A program made the translations under genes and the position numbers. DNA of 64,000 nt from Lactobacillaceae bacterium (GTDB lineage: Bacteria; Bacillota; Bacilli; Lactobacillales; Lactobacillaceae), in assembly GCA_036498565.1 (NCBI GenBank), contig DASYFG010000004.1, positions 694,102 to 758,101 of the forward strand, read 5' to 3'. The stretch's first letter is position 1. Every line of letters begins with the position of its first letter. The notes below the pieces were generated by a model. It ran no database searches, was not told the origin of the DNA, and worked only from the letters and a program-made list of their open reading frames with translations. Positions 1 through 8,887 of this stretch are shown here, piece by piece.

Positions 1-153
1 CAAACCCTGCTCGCCCTCATCGCCGACATCACCGTGCAACAAAATCAAACGGTGCTCATGATTTCGCATCAATTACAAGCGGTCAGCGCGTGGTTTGATT
101 ATCATTTGCACTTTGAAGATCAACAATTACACTACGTCGGAGGTGCAACATGA
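1..153 (+). CDS. ABC ATPase, C-terminal fragment (ECF/YkoD-like energising subunit); 5' end outside window
   Basis: Frame 1 is open from the window edge to TGA 151-153. The tail QTLLALIADITVQQNQTVLMISHQLQAV carries the ABC H-loop region. Its stop overlaps the next start (ATGA). Neighbours are an ECF T-component and tenA. Confidence 0.6.
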   Translation, partial: QTLLALIADITVQQNQTVLMISHQLQAVSAWFDYHLHFEDQQLHYVGGAT

Positions 154-812
154 ATCCATTTGTGAAATTCGCCACCATTATGGTGATTGCTTTGGAGTTG
201 ACTTTCATTCGCAGTGTTGCGGTGAATTTAATTGTGATTGGCGTGAGCGCGGTATTGTATTTGTTTTTGCATTTGCGTTGGCGCCAATGGCTGTGGTTGG
301 TGGCTTTGCCGCTTTTGCCCGGACTGGGATCGTGGTTTTCGCTGATGTATTACAGCACCGGCGATCACGTGCACATGGCGTGGGTCATGCTCACGCGGGT
401 GTACGCCTACCTGTGGCTCGGCGGTTTATTCACCCTGCGTTTGGCAAATGACCGTGATGAATTTTTGGCAACTTTAGAGCAAAAAATCCACGTCAGTTCA
501 ACATTCGTGTATGCGCTCATCGCCGTGCTCAACTTTATTCCAGCCGTCGAACAGCAAATCAAAACCATCCGTACGGCCGCACTCATGCGCGGACAAGTGC
601 TACACGTTTGGGACGCGCAGTTGTATTTCAAAGCGGTGTTAGCGGCGATTCGCTGGTCCCAGCATTTGGCCGAAGGCATGGTCGCACACGGTTTTACCGA
701 AGGTGCGCCGCGCACGCATTTGAGCAAAATCTGCATCCCCGTTTGGCAGCCACTGGTTGCTGTGGTGCTCATCGTGCTTTTTAACACATTATTGTTCCTA
801 AAATTGAGGTAA
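150..812 (+). CDS. ECF transporter transmembrane (T) component, CbiQ/YkoC family
   Basis: 220-aa multi-pass hydrophobic ORF with an 'AALMRG' coupling-helix-like motif. It is translationally coupled to the upstream ATPase and lies 3 nt before tenA. Confidence 0.65.
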   Translation: MNPFVKFATIMVIALELTFIRSVAVNLIVIGVSAVLYLFLHLRWRQWLWLVALPLLPGLGSWFSLMYYSTGDHVHMAWVMLTRVYAYLWLGGLFTLRLANDRDEFLATLEQKIHVSSTFVYALIAVLNFIPAVEQQIKTIRTAALMRGQVLHVWDAQLYFKAVLAAIRWSQHLAEGMVAHGFTEGAPRTHLSKICIPVWQPLVAVVLIVLFNTLLFLKLR

Positions 813-815
813 AAC

Positions 816-1481
816 ATGACTTTTTCACAAGAATTATTGCAGCGCGCCCAACCAATTATGGATGCCATCATGGATCATCCCTTTGTGCAAGGCATCGCAA
901 ATGGTGCTTTGCCGGTTGAAGCCGTGCATTACTATATTGAACAAGACGAACATTATCTACAAGATTACGTCCAAATTTCAGCACTCGCCGTGACGAAAAC
1001 GGATAACACCGACGATATCGCCAAACTCGTGGAATCGGTCAAATTCGTCAATGACGAGTCCAAAGCCCATCGTGTGATGCAAGATTACGATAACTACGCC
1101 ATTCAACACACGCGACGCGGTCCGCAAAATACCTTGTACATCAATCACATGTACGAAGCTGCCTACCGCGGCAACTACGCGGATGTGATTGCGGCTTTGA
1201 CGCCGTGCCCTTGGACGTATGAAGTGATCGGCGAACGTTTGATTGCCGCGGGCGCCAATCACGACGCGAATTCGTTCAAAAAGTGGATTGAACTTTACGC
1301 CCCAAAACCTGATGTTGAATCAGTCAGCACGTGGCGTTTAGCCATTTTGGATCGTGAAGTTGAGCATTTCACGGCTGAACAAAAAGAACACGTCGCTCAA
1401 ATTTTTCTTTACAGCATGGAAATGGAGTGGCGCTTTTGGGAAGCAGCTTGGGTGCAAGAACAATGGCAATTTGATTTTTAA
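816..1481 (+). CDS. tenA: TenA-family thiaminase II / aminopyrimidine aminohydrolase
   Basis: 221-aa ORF. The N-terminus FSQELLQRAQPIMDAIMDHPFVQGIANGALPVEAVHYYIEQDEHYL looks like the TenA helix-bundle signature. The context resembles ykoCD-tenA thiamine-salvage clusters. Confidence 0.8.
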   Translation: MTFSQELLQRAQPIMDAIMDHPFVQGIANGALPVEAVHYYIEQDEHYLQDYVQISALAVTKTDNTDDIAKLVESVKFVNDESKAHRVMQDYDNYAIQHTRRGPQNTLYINHMYEAAYRGNYADVIAALTPCPWTYEVIGERLIAAGANHDANSFKKWIELYAPKPDVESVSTWRLAILDREVEHFTAEQKEHVAQIFLYSMEMEWRFWEAAWVQEQWQFDF

Positions 1482-1486
1482 TGACA

Positions 1487-1516
1487 AAAGCGGTGCTTAC
1501 GCATCGCTTTTCTTTT
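1487..1516 (+). terminator. Rho-independent terminator after tenA
   Basis: Stem gcggtgc (1490-1496) / gcatcgc (1501-1507) with one G-U pair, loop ttac, then ttttctttt. Confidence 0.6.
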
Positions 1517-1524
1517 GGGAATTA

Positions 1525-1533
1525 TGCTATCAT
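1525..1533 (+). promoter_or_regulatory. Possible extended -10 promoter for the flavodoxin gene
   Basis: TGcTATCAT (TG 1525-1526, -10 at 1528-1533) lies about 25 nt upstream of RBS AAAGGAG. There is no convincing -35. Confidence 0.3.
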
Positions 1534-1558
1534 GAAGAGAATAAAAGGAGTAATTAGC

Positions 1559-2011
1559 ATGCAAGCACATGTCGTTTTTGCCACGATTACGGGCAATAAT
1601 GAAGCCGTCGCCGATGTGATTATCGACGCCCTACAAAAGCGTGACGTTGCGGTCACAAAAAGTGAAATTTCGCAGACAGAAGTCGAAGAATTCAACGATG
1701 ATAATCTCGCCATTGTTGTGCCCTACACCTATGATCTCGGTTCTTTGCCGGATGAAGGACTGGATTTTTACGAAGATCTCCAAACCATTGATTTGACGGG
1801 GAAAATTTATGGTGTCGCGGGTTCTGGCGATATTTTTTATGAAGATGATTTTGCCGTGGCCGTGCCCAAGTTTGAAGCAGCTTTTGCCAAATCTGGGGCC
1901 ACCCGTGGGGCCGAAGGTGTCTTGATTAATTTGTATCCCGACGCCGATGACGTACAAAAACTGACCGCCTTTGTCGATCAATTAATTGCAACCAAAAAAG
2001 AGAACGCTTAG
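1559..2011 (+). CDS. Flavodoxin
   Basis: I chose ATG 1559 (RBS aaaaggag 1543-1550) rather than the ORF-track start at 1481. The product begins MQAHVVFATITGNNEAVADVI and contains VPYTYDLGSLPDEGLDFYEDL, typical of short-chain flavodoxin. Confidence 0.8.
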   Translation: MQAHVVFATITGNNEAVADVIIDALQKRDVAVTKSEISQTEVEEFNDDNLAIVVPYTYDLGSLPDEGLDFYEDLQTIDLTGKIYGVAGSGDIFYEDDFAVAVPKFEAAFAKSGATRGAEGVLINLYPDADDVQKLTAFVDQLIATKKENA

Positions 2012-2026
2012 GCGTTCTCTTTTTTA
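1994..2026. terminator. Bidirectional terminator shared by flavodoxin (+) and the YibE/F gene (-)
   Basis: aaaaaagagaacgc-ttag-gcgttctctttttt: perfect stem flanked by an A-run and a T-run. It overlaps both convergent stop codons. Confidence 0.8.
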
Positions 2027-2769
2027 TAACTCTTTAAAATCCAGAACTGGCTCAACCAAATCGACAAACCAATGCCTAACATGCCAAGCAACAACGTCGC
2101 TAGCTCCGCCATTAACATTTTTGAATTCAAAAACGCCGACCACGTATAACCAAGCCGCACATACCAAATCACCAACGGCAAATTGGCGCCCAAAACGCCG
2201 AAAAACAACGTATTAACAGCCGTTCCCAGAATTTGCCGGCCAATAATTTCTGCCTGCAAACCTAATTGCGCGTGCGTCGGTGCGTCTTGTTCAATGACTT
2301 CATTCAAATCAGCCGTCACGGCCATCGCCGCTTCCGCCACCGCGCCCAAAGTCGACACGCTCATCATCACGAAACTAGTCGCCCCAAATGACAAACCAAC
2401 CGCCAACGATAAGCCTTCGAGTTCATCGGCATTTTCTTGTGCAAAACCACCGAATTGCCCCAAATCCTCAACAATAAAGGCCAAACAAATCAGCACAATG
2501 AACACAATGGCACTCACACCAAACGCTTTATTTGCTACCTCAATTTCATCTGTGCCGAGGTAAATCGCCAAAGCCAGCATGACAATGCCGACCGTCACTG
2601 TCACAATCACCGGATTAAATTGCCAGTTAATCAGCACCAGTAAAATCAGCAAACTCATAAAATTCAGCGCCAACCCAAACAAAATTCGAACACCTTGACG
2701 CCCACCAATCAGGAGCAATACAGCCGCCAGCACCAGCAACAAAACCGTAATACTAGTCATGTCGGCCAC
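2008..2769 (-). CDS. YibE/F-family integral membrane protein (small paralog)
   Basis: 253-aa ORF that is almost entirely hydrophobic helices. It overlaps the upstream paralog by 17 nt. The family assignment is from memory of YibE/F pairs. Confidence 0.55.
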   Translation of the reverse strand: MADMTSITVLLLVLAAVLLLIGGRQGVRILFGLALNFMSLLILLVLINWQFNPVIVTVTVGIVMLALAIYLGTDEIEVANKAFGVSAIVFIVLICLAFIVEDLGQFGGFAQENADELEGLSLAVGLSFGATSFVMMSVSTLGAVAEAAMAVTADLNEVIEQDAPTHAQLGLQAEIIGRQILGTAVNTLFFGVLGANLPLVIWYVRLGYTWSAFLNSKMLMAELATLLLGMLGIGLSIWLSQFWILKSYKKENA

Positions 2770-3832
2770 CTCCCACGCGCACCAAAATCGTCGCGGCCAT
2801 CGCGCTGGTCAAAGGAATGGCCAGCACAATGCCAATCGCTGAAATTAACGTCTGCACAATGCCCAAATTCAGCACCATTTCAAAAACATACGACCAATCG
2901 TTCCCATTGCGCAACGTGAGCAGCACCATCGCAAACGTCTCCGCCGCAAACAACATGAACAACACATTGATCAACGTGCCCATAATATCACGCCCAACCG
3001 CGACCCCCGACGTATAAAATTCCCGCCAAGTGTGTGTCTCTTGGCGTGCCATCCCAAACACAGCGGCCACAATGTCGGCGGCTTCGTCCATCACCGCCCC
3101 TAACAGCCCAATGATTGCCATCGACAAAAACAATGTTTCAGGGTTTTGGGTGACGTAAGTCAACGTTTCAAAATGTACGCCTGCATTTTGAGTTAAATTC
3201 AAAATCAATAAGGACAAACTCGCCGTCAACGCCGTACTGACAACCGTTGCCACTAACGCGACCAACATTTGCCACGTCCAACCGAGCACAAAAATAAGTG
3301 CCACAGCCGCCACAAACACCGCTAAAGTTGCAAAAATACCCAACACAGCTGGTTTTTCCAAATGAATATCCAACCAAACAGCCCCGGCAAACAAACTTAA
3401 GTTCACCAACAAACTCGCGCTCAACAAGCCAAAAGCACGCCAGCGACTAAAGACGCTAAACAGGCCAAAAACAAACACCAACAACGCGCCAATCACCGCA
3501 TCGCGCTTCAAACCACCAACCCGCCAAACTTGATCTTGGTGCGTCAACAAAACTTGTTGGCCAACGCGATAAACTGGCGTGAAAGCTTGAGAAACTTCTG
3601 TTTGATTGGTCAAGCGGACTTGCCCGGCGCGGTTTAATAATTTGATGGTCAAGACTTGCGTCACTTGCGTGTCCTGATTGTCATGCTCATCAGTTACCGT
3701 CGTGCGCTTGGTAGTTTGCACGTGCGTGATTTGACCAACTGGTTGTTGATAAATCGCCGCGTCGTGTGTCAAACCAACGTAGGTCAACAAGGCAGCCATG
3801 ATGACAAAAAGCAGGCGATACCTCACCTGCAT
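2753..3832 (-). CDS. YibE/F-family integral membrane protein (large paralog)
   Basis: 359 aa: an N-terminal TM segment, a ~100-aa soluble segment, then multiple TM helices with 'GLLGAVMDEAADIVAAV'. Its start shares one base with the dnaI stop (TGATG). Confidence 0.55.
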   Translation of the reverse strand: MQVRYRLLFVIMAALLTYVGLTHDAAIYQQPVGQITHVQTTKRTTVTDEHDNQDTQVTQVLTIKLLNRAGQVRLTNQTEVSQAFTPVYRVGQQVLLTHQDQVWRVGGLKRDAVIGALLVFVFGLFSVFSRWRAFGLLSASLLVNLSLFAGAVWLDIHLEKPAVLGIFATLAVFVAAVALIFVLGWTWQMLVALVATVVSTALTASLSLLILNLTQNAGVHFETLTYVTQNPETLFLSMAIIGLLGAVMDEAADIVAAVFGMARQETHTWREFYTSGVAVGRDIMGTLINVLFMLFAAETFAMVLLTLRNGNDWSYVFEMVLNLGIVQTLISAIGIVLAIPLTSAMAATILVRVGGGRHD

Positions 3833-4800
3833 CAGTTGCCACCCAAACGGCGACTAGCACCTTGAAGCAAAATTGGACGCGTCAAAAAGTTAATCCGTTG
3901 CATCAAACGCGCGGCTTTGACGGGTTCAACGGCATCACGCGTGGTTGCCAAATGCGTTTCCAATGACGCCAAATCAAAGTTTGAGCTGATAAAGGTCGTT
4001 AATTCATTTTGCATGCGGTATTCCAAAATCATGCCCAGCACGTTGTCACGGAACCATGCGCTCAAATTTTCCGCCCCTAAATCGTCTAAAAACAAAACCG
4101 GCACGGTTTTGGCGCGTTCCAACAAGTTATCCAATGCATCATCGCCACGACCAATCGTACGTTGAATTTCCGTGGCAAACGTCGGCACGTGCAGCATAAA
4201 GACACGCACATTTTGCGCGACCAATTCATTAGCTAATGCGCCCAACAAATACGTTTTCCCAACGCCAAACGTGCCGTATAAATACAAACCGCGGACATAA
4301 TCGCTCGCATTCGGCAACGCTTTTGCAATTTGCCAGACAGCTTCTAATGCTTCGCCCCGGCCAGCATCTTGCGCATTTTCTTTCAAAATTGCGCGCAAGT
4401 CCGCTTTCACCGTCGCTTTGGCGACATGATAAGTCGTCAAATTCTGTGCCTGTTGTTGCTGCAATTGCGTCTGTGCGTCAGGTTGATATTCGACGACGAC
4501 GTAGCCCTTTTGGTTTTGCAAAATTGGGACATAGCCCGGATACAAACCCCGGCCTTCCGCAATGGCGCGCTTTTGGCGAATGAATTCAAATAAATTGCTC
4601 AACGACCGGCTCAACGCGTCCGGCGCCAACTGGTCACCTTCGTCGCGCCAAAAATTTTGCACATCTTCATCAGACGTAATCAATTGCTCAACATCAAAAT
4701 CAGGCGTCTGCGCAAAACGGGGATTTTCTTTAATAAAGGCCTTCAATGCCTCGGCTAAACTTTGCATGGCGTATAAAGTGCGGCGCCCGTTGACCATCAC
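3832..4800 (-). CDS. dnaI: Primosomal helicase loader DnaI
   Basis: Walker A 'GTFGVGKTYLLGALANEL' and Walker B 'VLFLDDLGAE', directly downstream of dnaB. The exact start is uncertain (GTG 4800, ATG 4797 or ATG 4767). Confidence 0.85.
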   Translation of the reverse strand: MMVNGRRTLYAMQSLAEALKAFIKENPRFAQTPDFDVEQLITSDEDVQNFWRDEGDQLAPDALSRSLSNLFEFIRQKRAIAEGRGLYPGYVPILQNQKGYVVVEYQPDAQTQLQQQQAQNLTTYHVAKATVKADLRAILKENAQDAGRGEALEAVWQIAKALPNASDYVRGLYLYGTFGVGKTYLLGALANELVAQNVRVFMLHVPTFATEIQRTIGRGDDALDNLLERAKTVPVLFLDDLGAENLSAWFRDNVLGMILEYRMQNELTTFISSNFDLASLETHLATTRDAVEPVKAARLMQRINFLTRPILLQGASRRLGGN

Positions 4801-4829
4801 GAACAGTGGGCGCTACACGTTTCCTCCTA

Positions 4830-6029
4830 TCATTGCATATCTTCCAAAATCTTACTCAACCGGCTCGTATCAAAGTCGTTTGCCCCAGAATAATCCGGTT
4901 GCTGTTCGACTTTTTGCGGTTTGCGGGTGGCTTTTTTCGGCGTACTGGTTGCGGCTTTGTTGCGTTTGGCAATTAAATCAATGGCTTGTTGTGCCGTTTG
5001 AATGCCTTGCTGGCGCCAATTATTCGCAATCGCTTCGGCCAAATTCAACGTCACGTTCGTTTTACCTTGACCAACCAAAATCTCGTGCGTCAAAATATTA
5101 ATCACTTCCGGCGTCAACGCGTGTCTCTCCAAAAGCTGGCTGACCACACGCCGCTCAGCATTTGTTACGAATCCGCCACGTTGTTGTTGGAGCTGTTGAA
5201 TGAATTGCATCGGCGTTAGACTTTGCGCCGCTTGTACCAACGGATTGGCGCTAGCAACCGCCGGTTTCTTTGGTTGTTCAACTGGCGTGACGGTTTGCAC
5301 CCGGCTCAATTGCTGACGGATGGCCGTTTCGTCAATTTGGCGTTTATCAAGGGACAACGTTTGTTGAATAACCATTGCCAAACGCGTTTCGTCAAGTCCA
5401 TAAAGCATGACTTGAGCGGCCAAAAAGGCTTCGTGTTTTTTCAAGTCCGCCCGCGTCAAACCTTGTGCGTGCAGTAATTCGGCGACAATGTCCCAATCAA
5501 CTGACGCGGTAGCCAACGGCGTTGCTTCTTGGACCGCTGTCGTCACTGGCGCGTTTGGCACTTGGAAAATATCGGTGAAACGCGCCGACAAATTCTCACC
5601 AGCCACTTCCGGCATGGTCAAAAAGCGTTCTTTGAGTGTCTCAAAACGTAATTCACCAATGAATTTTGCCAATAAACCAGCCAAAAGCGGTTCCTTGAAA
5701 AATTCAGGCGCGCTCAGCGGCGCCACAACGACATAAGTCAGCACAGAATCGCTCGTGGCAAATGTTTTCAACAAACCAACCGCTTCGAGCTTTTGCCGAG
5801 CCGCAACAAAATCGGTTAAATTCACGTTCAAGCTGTCCAACAAAAAATTGTGATCATCGCGTGTCGTCGCACGCGCTTCCAAAACCAACAATTGGTACAA
5901 CGCCAACGCCGTTTGCCCAATGAATGGCAAATAAAGCTGCGCGAGCACGGCTGAATCGCCCGTCACGCCAGCTTGAACTCGTATTTGAACCGTTGCTTGT
6001 GGATTTAATTGTGCGCGATTGTCTGCCAT
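4830..6029 (-). CDS. dnaB: Replication initiation and membrane attachment protein (Firmicute DnaB, DnaD-domain family)
   Basis: 399-aa ORF in the position upstream of dnaI. It has the 'LTHEILVGQGKTNVTLNLAEAIANNWRQQGIQT' DnaB_2/DnaD-like C-terminal repeat. Confidence 0.75.
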   Translation of the reverse strand: MADNRAQLNPQATVQIRVQAGVTGDSAVLAQLYLPFIGQTALALYQLLVLEARATTRDDHNFLLDSLNVNLTDFVAARQKLEAVGLLKTFATSDSVLTYVVVAPLSAPEFFKEPLLAGLLAKFIGELRFETLKERFLTMPEVAGENLSARFTDIFQVPNAPVTTAVQEATPLATASVDWDIVAELLHAQGLTRADLKKHEAFLAAQVMLYGLDETRLAMVIQQTLSLDKRQIDETAIRQQLSRVQTVTPVEQPKKPAVASANPLVQAAQSLTPMQFIQQLQQQRGGFVTNAERRVVSQLLERHALTPEVINILTHEILVGQGKTNVTLNLAEAIANNWRQQGIQTAQQAIDLIAKRNKAATSTPKKATRKPQKVEQQPDYSGANDFDTSRLSKILEDMQ

Positions 6030-6607
6030 TTTTGAATGAGCTGCTCCACTTGAGTTCGTAAATTGGCTTTGTCCGCAGTATTGTCCAATACCACGTCAGC
6101 CAGTGCGACTTTTTCTGCTAACGGCATTTGCGCATCAATCCGCGCATTTGCCGCCTTATCTGATAATTGATTACGGGATTTTAACCGCGTAAATTGCTGT
6201 TCGTGTGTGGCATTGACGACGACCACCTCATCGACCTGATGTTGATAATCGCGTTCAAACAATAACGGAATGTCCAAAATCAACAACGGCGTTTTTTGCA
6301 TGCGCCAAAAACTAATTTTGTCCTGCATCGCCGATTGAATCGCGGGCTGCATAATCGCATTGAGCCGATCTAACTCCGATTGACTACCAAACGCAATTTT
6401 CCCTAACGCGGCACGATCCAACTCGCCATTCACAATAATCGCCGGTCCAAACGCTAATTTTAATTTTTCCAAAGTCGGCGTCCCAGGCTCAACCACCTCA
6501 CGCGCCACCAAATCAGCATCCACCACGGGCAAACCTGCCTCACGCAGCCAAGCGCTAACGGTCGATTTCCCAGAAGCAATGCCGCCTGTTAGTCCGATTG
6601 TGTACAT
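6005..6607 (-). CDS. coaE: Dephospho-CoA kinase
   Basis: Start set at ATG 6607 (MYTIGLTGGIASGKSTV P-loop). The ORF-track extension to 6670 runs into the structured repeat. The 3' end overlaps dnaB by 25 nt. Confidence 0.9.
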   Translation of the reverse strand: MYTIGLTGGIASGKSTVSAWLREAGLPVVDADLVAREVVEPGTPTLEKLKLAFGPAIIVNGELDRAALGKIAFGSQSELDRLNAIMQPAIQSAMQDKISFWRMQKTPLLILDIPLLFERDYQHQVDEVVVVNATHEQQFTRLKSRNQLSDKAANARIDAQMPLAEKVALADVVLDNTADKANLRTQVEQLIQKWQTIAHN

Positions 6608-6625
6608 AATTTTTCTTTCTGAAAT

Positions 6626-6750
6626 GTGCTGCAGGGTTCGGAACGCTATGTGTAAGCGGCTATCACGCAAAATCGCTGTACGATTTCACGCGTTAGCCGC
6701 TTACACGACGCTCCCCGTTTTGGCGATGCCAAAACCACCCTTCCGCACTC
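6626..6750 (-). repeat. 125-nt structured intergenic element, copy A
   Basis: Same length as 60726-60850 and 94/125 identical in a hand alignment. It has the conserved hairpin GUUUUGGC-NNN-GCCAAAAC plus a long hairpin and a closing helix with compensatory changes between copies. Confidence 0.7.
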
Positions 6751-7577
6751 TATTTCACCTGGCAATGCGGGCAATAAGTTGTGCCGCGTTGGGCGACTTT
6801 AATTTTAACCATCGGTGTACCACAACGTTCGCAAGGTAAACCGACGCGACCATATGCTTGTAATTCATTTTGGAATTGACCAACTTCGCCAAAAACATTG
6901 CTAAAACTGTGCACCGTGGTGCCATGCTGAGCGGTCGCGCGGGTAATTTCAGCAATGATATTGTCTCGTAGAATAGCAATCTTTTCCGCCGGGATCAAAT
7001 TCGCCGGAGTTTCCGGATGGATTTTTGATAACCATAAAATTTCATCGGCGTAAATATTGCCAATGCCGGCGACATGATTTTGTCCCAACAAGAACGCCTT
7101 GATTGCCTGCTTGCTACGCGCTAATTCAGCAGTTAAATAAGGAACCGATAAATCATCTTCAGTCGGTTCTGGGCCAAGTTCTGCCAAAGCTTTGACAGAG
7201 GTTGTTTCTTCACCCGTTGACACTAAAATCATCCGGCCAAAGCGGCGCGTGTCATTGTAAAACACGACGCGCTCATCCGCCAAAGTAAAAATCACTTCAG
7301 TGTGCTTGTGCGGTGTGGCCGTCAAGGGTTCCACCGAATACTGACCTTCCATGCGCAAATGCGACACAATCGTGCGGCCATTATCCAACCGAAAAAGCAG
7401 ATACTTCCCCCGTCGATCAAAGGCGATAAACCGCGCCCCTCGAACACCGGCAATAAAGTCATCCACATCCCCGGTAATCACTTTGGGATACGGCAACTGC
7501 ACCTCCGTAACCTGCGCATTCAAAATTAACTTTTCAAGCCCCCGACGGACTGTTTCCACTTCTGGCAATTCTGGCAC
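6750..7577 (-). CDS. mutM: Formamidopyrimidine-DNA glycosylase
   Basis: N-terminal MPELPEVETVRRGL and a C-terminal zinc finger CERCGTPMVKIKVAQRGTTYCPHCQ. Confidence 0.95.
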   Translation of the reverse strand: MPELPEVETVRRGLEKLILNAQVTEVQLPYPKVITGDVDDFIAGVRGARFIAFDRRGKYLLFRLDNGRTIVSHLRMEGQYSVEPLTATPHKHTEVIFTLADERVVFYNDTRRFGRMILVSTGEETTSVKALAELGPEPTEDDLSVPYLTAELARSKQAIKAFLLGQNHVAGIGNIYADEILWLSKIHPETPANLIPAEKIAILRDNIIAEITRATAQHGTTVHSFSNVFGEVGQFQNELQAYGRVGLPCERCGTPMVKIKVAQRGTTYCPHCQVK

Positions 7578-7659
7578 AGCGCTACCCCTTTGTTTCTTGT
7601 TCTGACTCTATTTTACACTAAAATGCAACTGACTCACATTAAAATACGACTTCAGCCCA

Positions 7660-7688
7660 CAAAAAAATGCACTTACTGTGCATTTTTA
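7660..7688 (-). terminator. Terminator of the 376-aa TagB-like gene
   Basis: Stem atgcac (7667-7672) / gtgcat (7678-7683). The A-run 7661-7666 gives a U-tail on the minus strand. It overlaps the stop codon. Confidence 0.6.
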
Positions 7689-8803
7689 ATAATATCTTTC
7701 AAAGTAATCAACGCCTCATCAGGTTGATGATCATTATATTGTTGAAGCAGTTGCTCCACATTGGCTTGGTCATACGGTTGCACAAGCAACTCCCACAACT
7801 CTTGTTCACTGTGTGCAACCGGCAAATTGGTATCTTCACCAGCTAAATACAAACCCCGCTTCAGCTTATATTCATCAATATCAGGCTGAAACAGATAAAT
7901 TGGTTTTTCTAATGCCGCATAATCAAAAATCACACTAGAATAGTCAGTGACTAACATATCCGCAATCGCAAAGAGTTTATACAACGATTTACGATTCACT
8001 AACTCCAAGTTTACAGGTTGGTTATCCGTATCAAAATAGTGTCCACGATATAACACCGTATAATGTTCAGCGAGTTGCTCCAAGAAACCTATAGAAAAAT
8101 TCGTTGCCACAGTTGGCTGATAACTACGAAATGTTGGCACATACAGCAAAATTGGTTTGTCGCCACTAATGCCAAATTCCCTCAATAGTTCTTCTCGCCC
8201 TTTCTTCGCACGGCGAATCACAATTCGTTTACGAAGTTGGCCAACATTTAAAATGTGTTTGGTTTGTGGGAAAATACGCTTAAATTTTTCTGCATCATAT
8301 TGACCATAGGTGAATAAATAGTCGAATTGTGCATGTTTATACCAATAGCGAACTAACGGTGCCAATCCTTTTTCATCGCGTCCTAGCGTTTTCATGGGAA
8401 TACCATGCCAGAATTGAATATAAATATTGCGGGGGTGCTTAAATGGCACCAAGCGCTCAATACTGGAATTAGCAATCCAATACCGTGATTTTAACAATTC
8501 TAAGAAAAATAACGGTGAGTTTGAGTTGACCTTATGCGCCGCATCGACTTGTGGAAATTTATCCGGTTCATTAAACGCCCAAAAAAATTCAAAATTTGCA
8601 AATGCCGAATCATCTTTCAACGCTAAATACGCTTCTTTTGGCGTATCTGAATATTGACGACCGCTATATGACATAAATAAAATGCGATTTTCTTGTGGTT
8701 TGACAAATAATTGCAGTATTTTAATGACAGCAAAAACAACAACAAAATAAACTCGTCCAACGAATTTTGCATTCTTTATCCAACTTTTCGCACGCTGATT
8801 CAT
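7673..8803 (-). CDS. CDP-glycerol glycerophosphotransferase, TagB/TagF family (short form)
   Basis: The motif 'MLVTDYSSVIFDYAALEKPIYLFQPDIDEY' is typical of the Glyphos_transf family. Start set at ATG 8803 (GGGAG 5 nt upstream) rather than TTG 8815. Confidence 0.8.
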   Translation of the reverse strand: MNQRAKSWIKNAKFVGRVYFVVVFAVIKILQLFVKPQENRILFMSYSGRQYSDTPKEAYLALKDDSAFANFEFFWAFNEPDKFPQVDAAHKVNSNSPLFFLELLKSRYWIANSSIERLVPFKHPRNIYIQFWHGIPMKTLGRDEKGLAPLVRYWYKHAQFDYLFTYGQYDAEKFKRIFPQTKHILNVGQLRKRIVIRRAKKGREELLREFGISGDKPILLYVPTFRSYQPTVATNFSIGFLEQLAEHYTVLYRGHYFDTDNQPVNLELVNRKSLYKLFAIADMLVTDYSSVIFDYAALEKPIYLFQPDIDEYKLKRGLYLAGEDTNLPVAHSEQELWELLVQPYDQANVEQLLQQYNDHQPDEALITLKDIIKNAQ

Positions 8804-8887
8804 ACAGTCTCCCAAGACCTTATCATAAGATAAATATATGTTTATTATACACAGGGATTTTTAGAAAAGAAAGCTGTTATTTAATTC

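Noticed and set aside
1-150. Looked for a TPP (THI-box) riboswitch expected for ykoCD-tenA type clusters
   Set aside because: The window starts inside the ATPase gene, so any riboswitch would lie upstream of coordinate 1. None is visible here.
6579-6839. 86-aa plus-strand ORF spanning the mutM-coaE spacer, and the 21-codon N-terminal extension of coaE to 6670
   Set aside because: Both run through the structured 125-nt repeat. The CoaE P-loop begins right after ATG 6607, and copy B of the repeat is non-coding.
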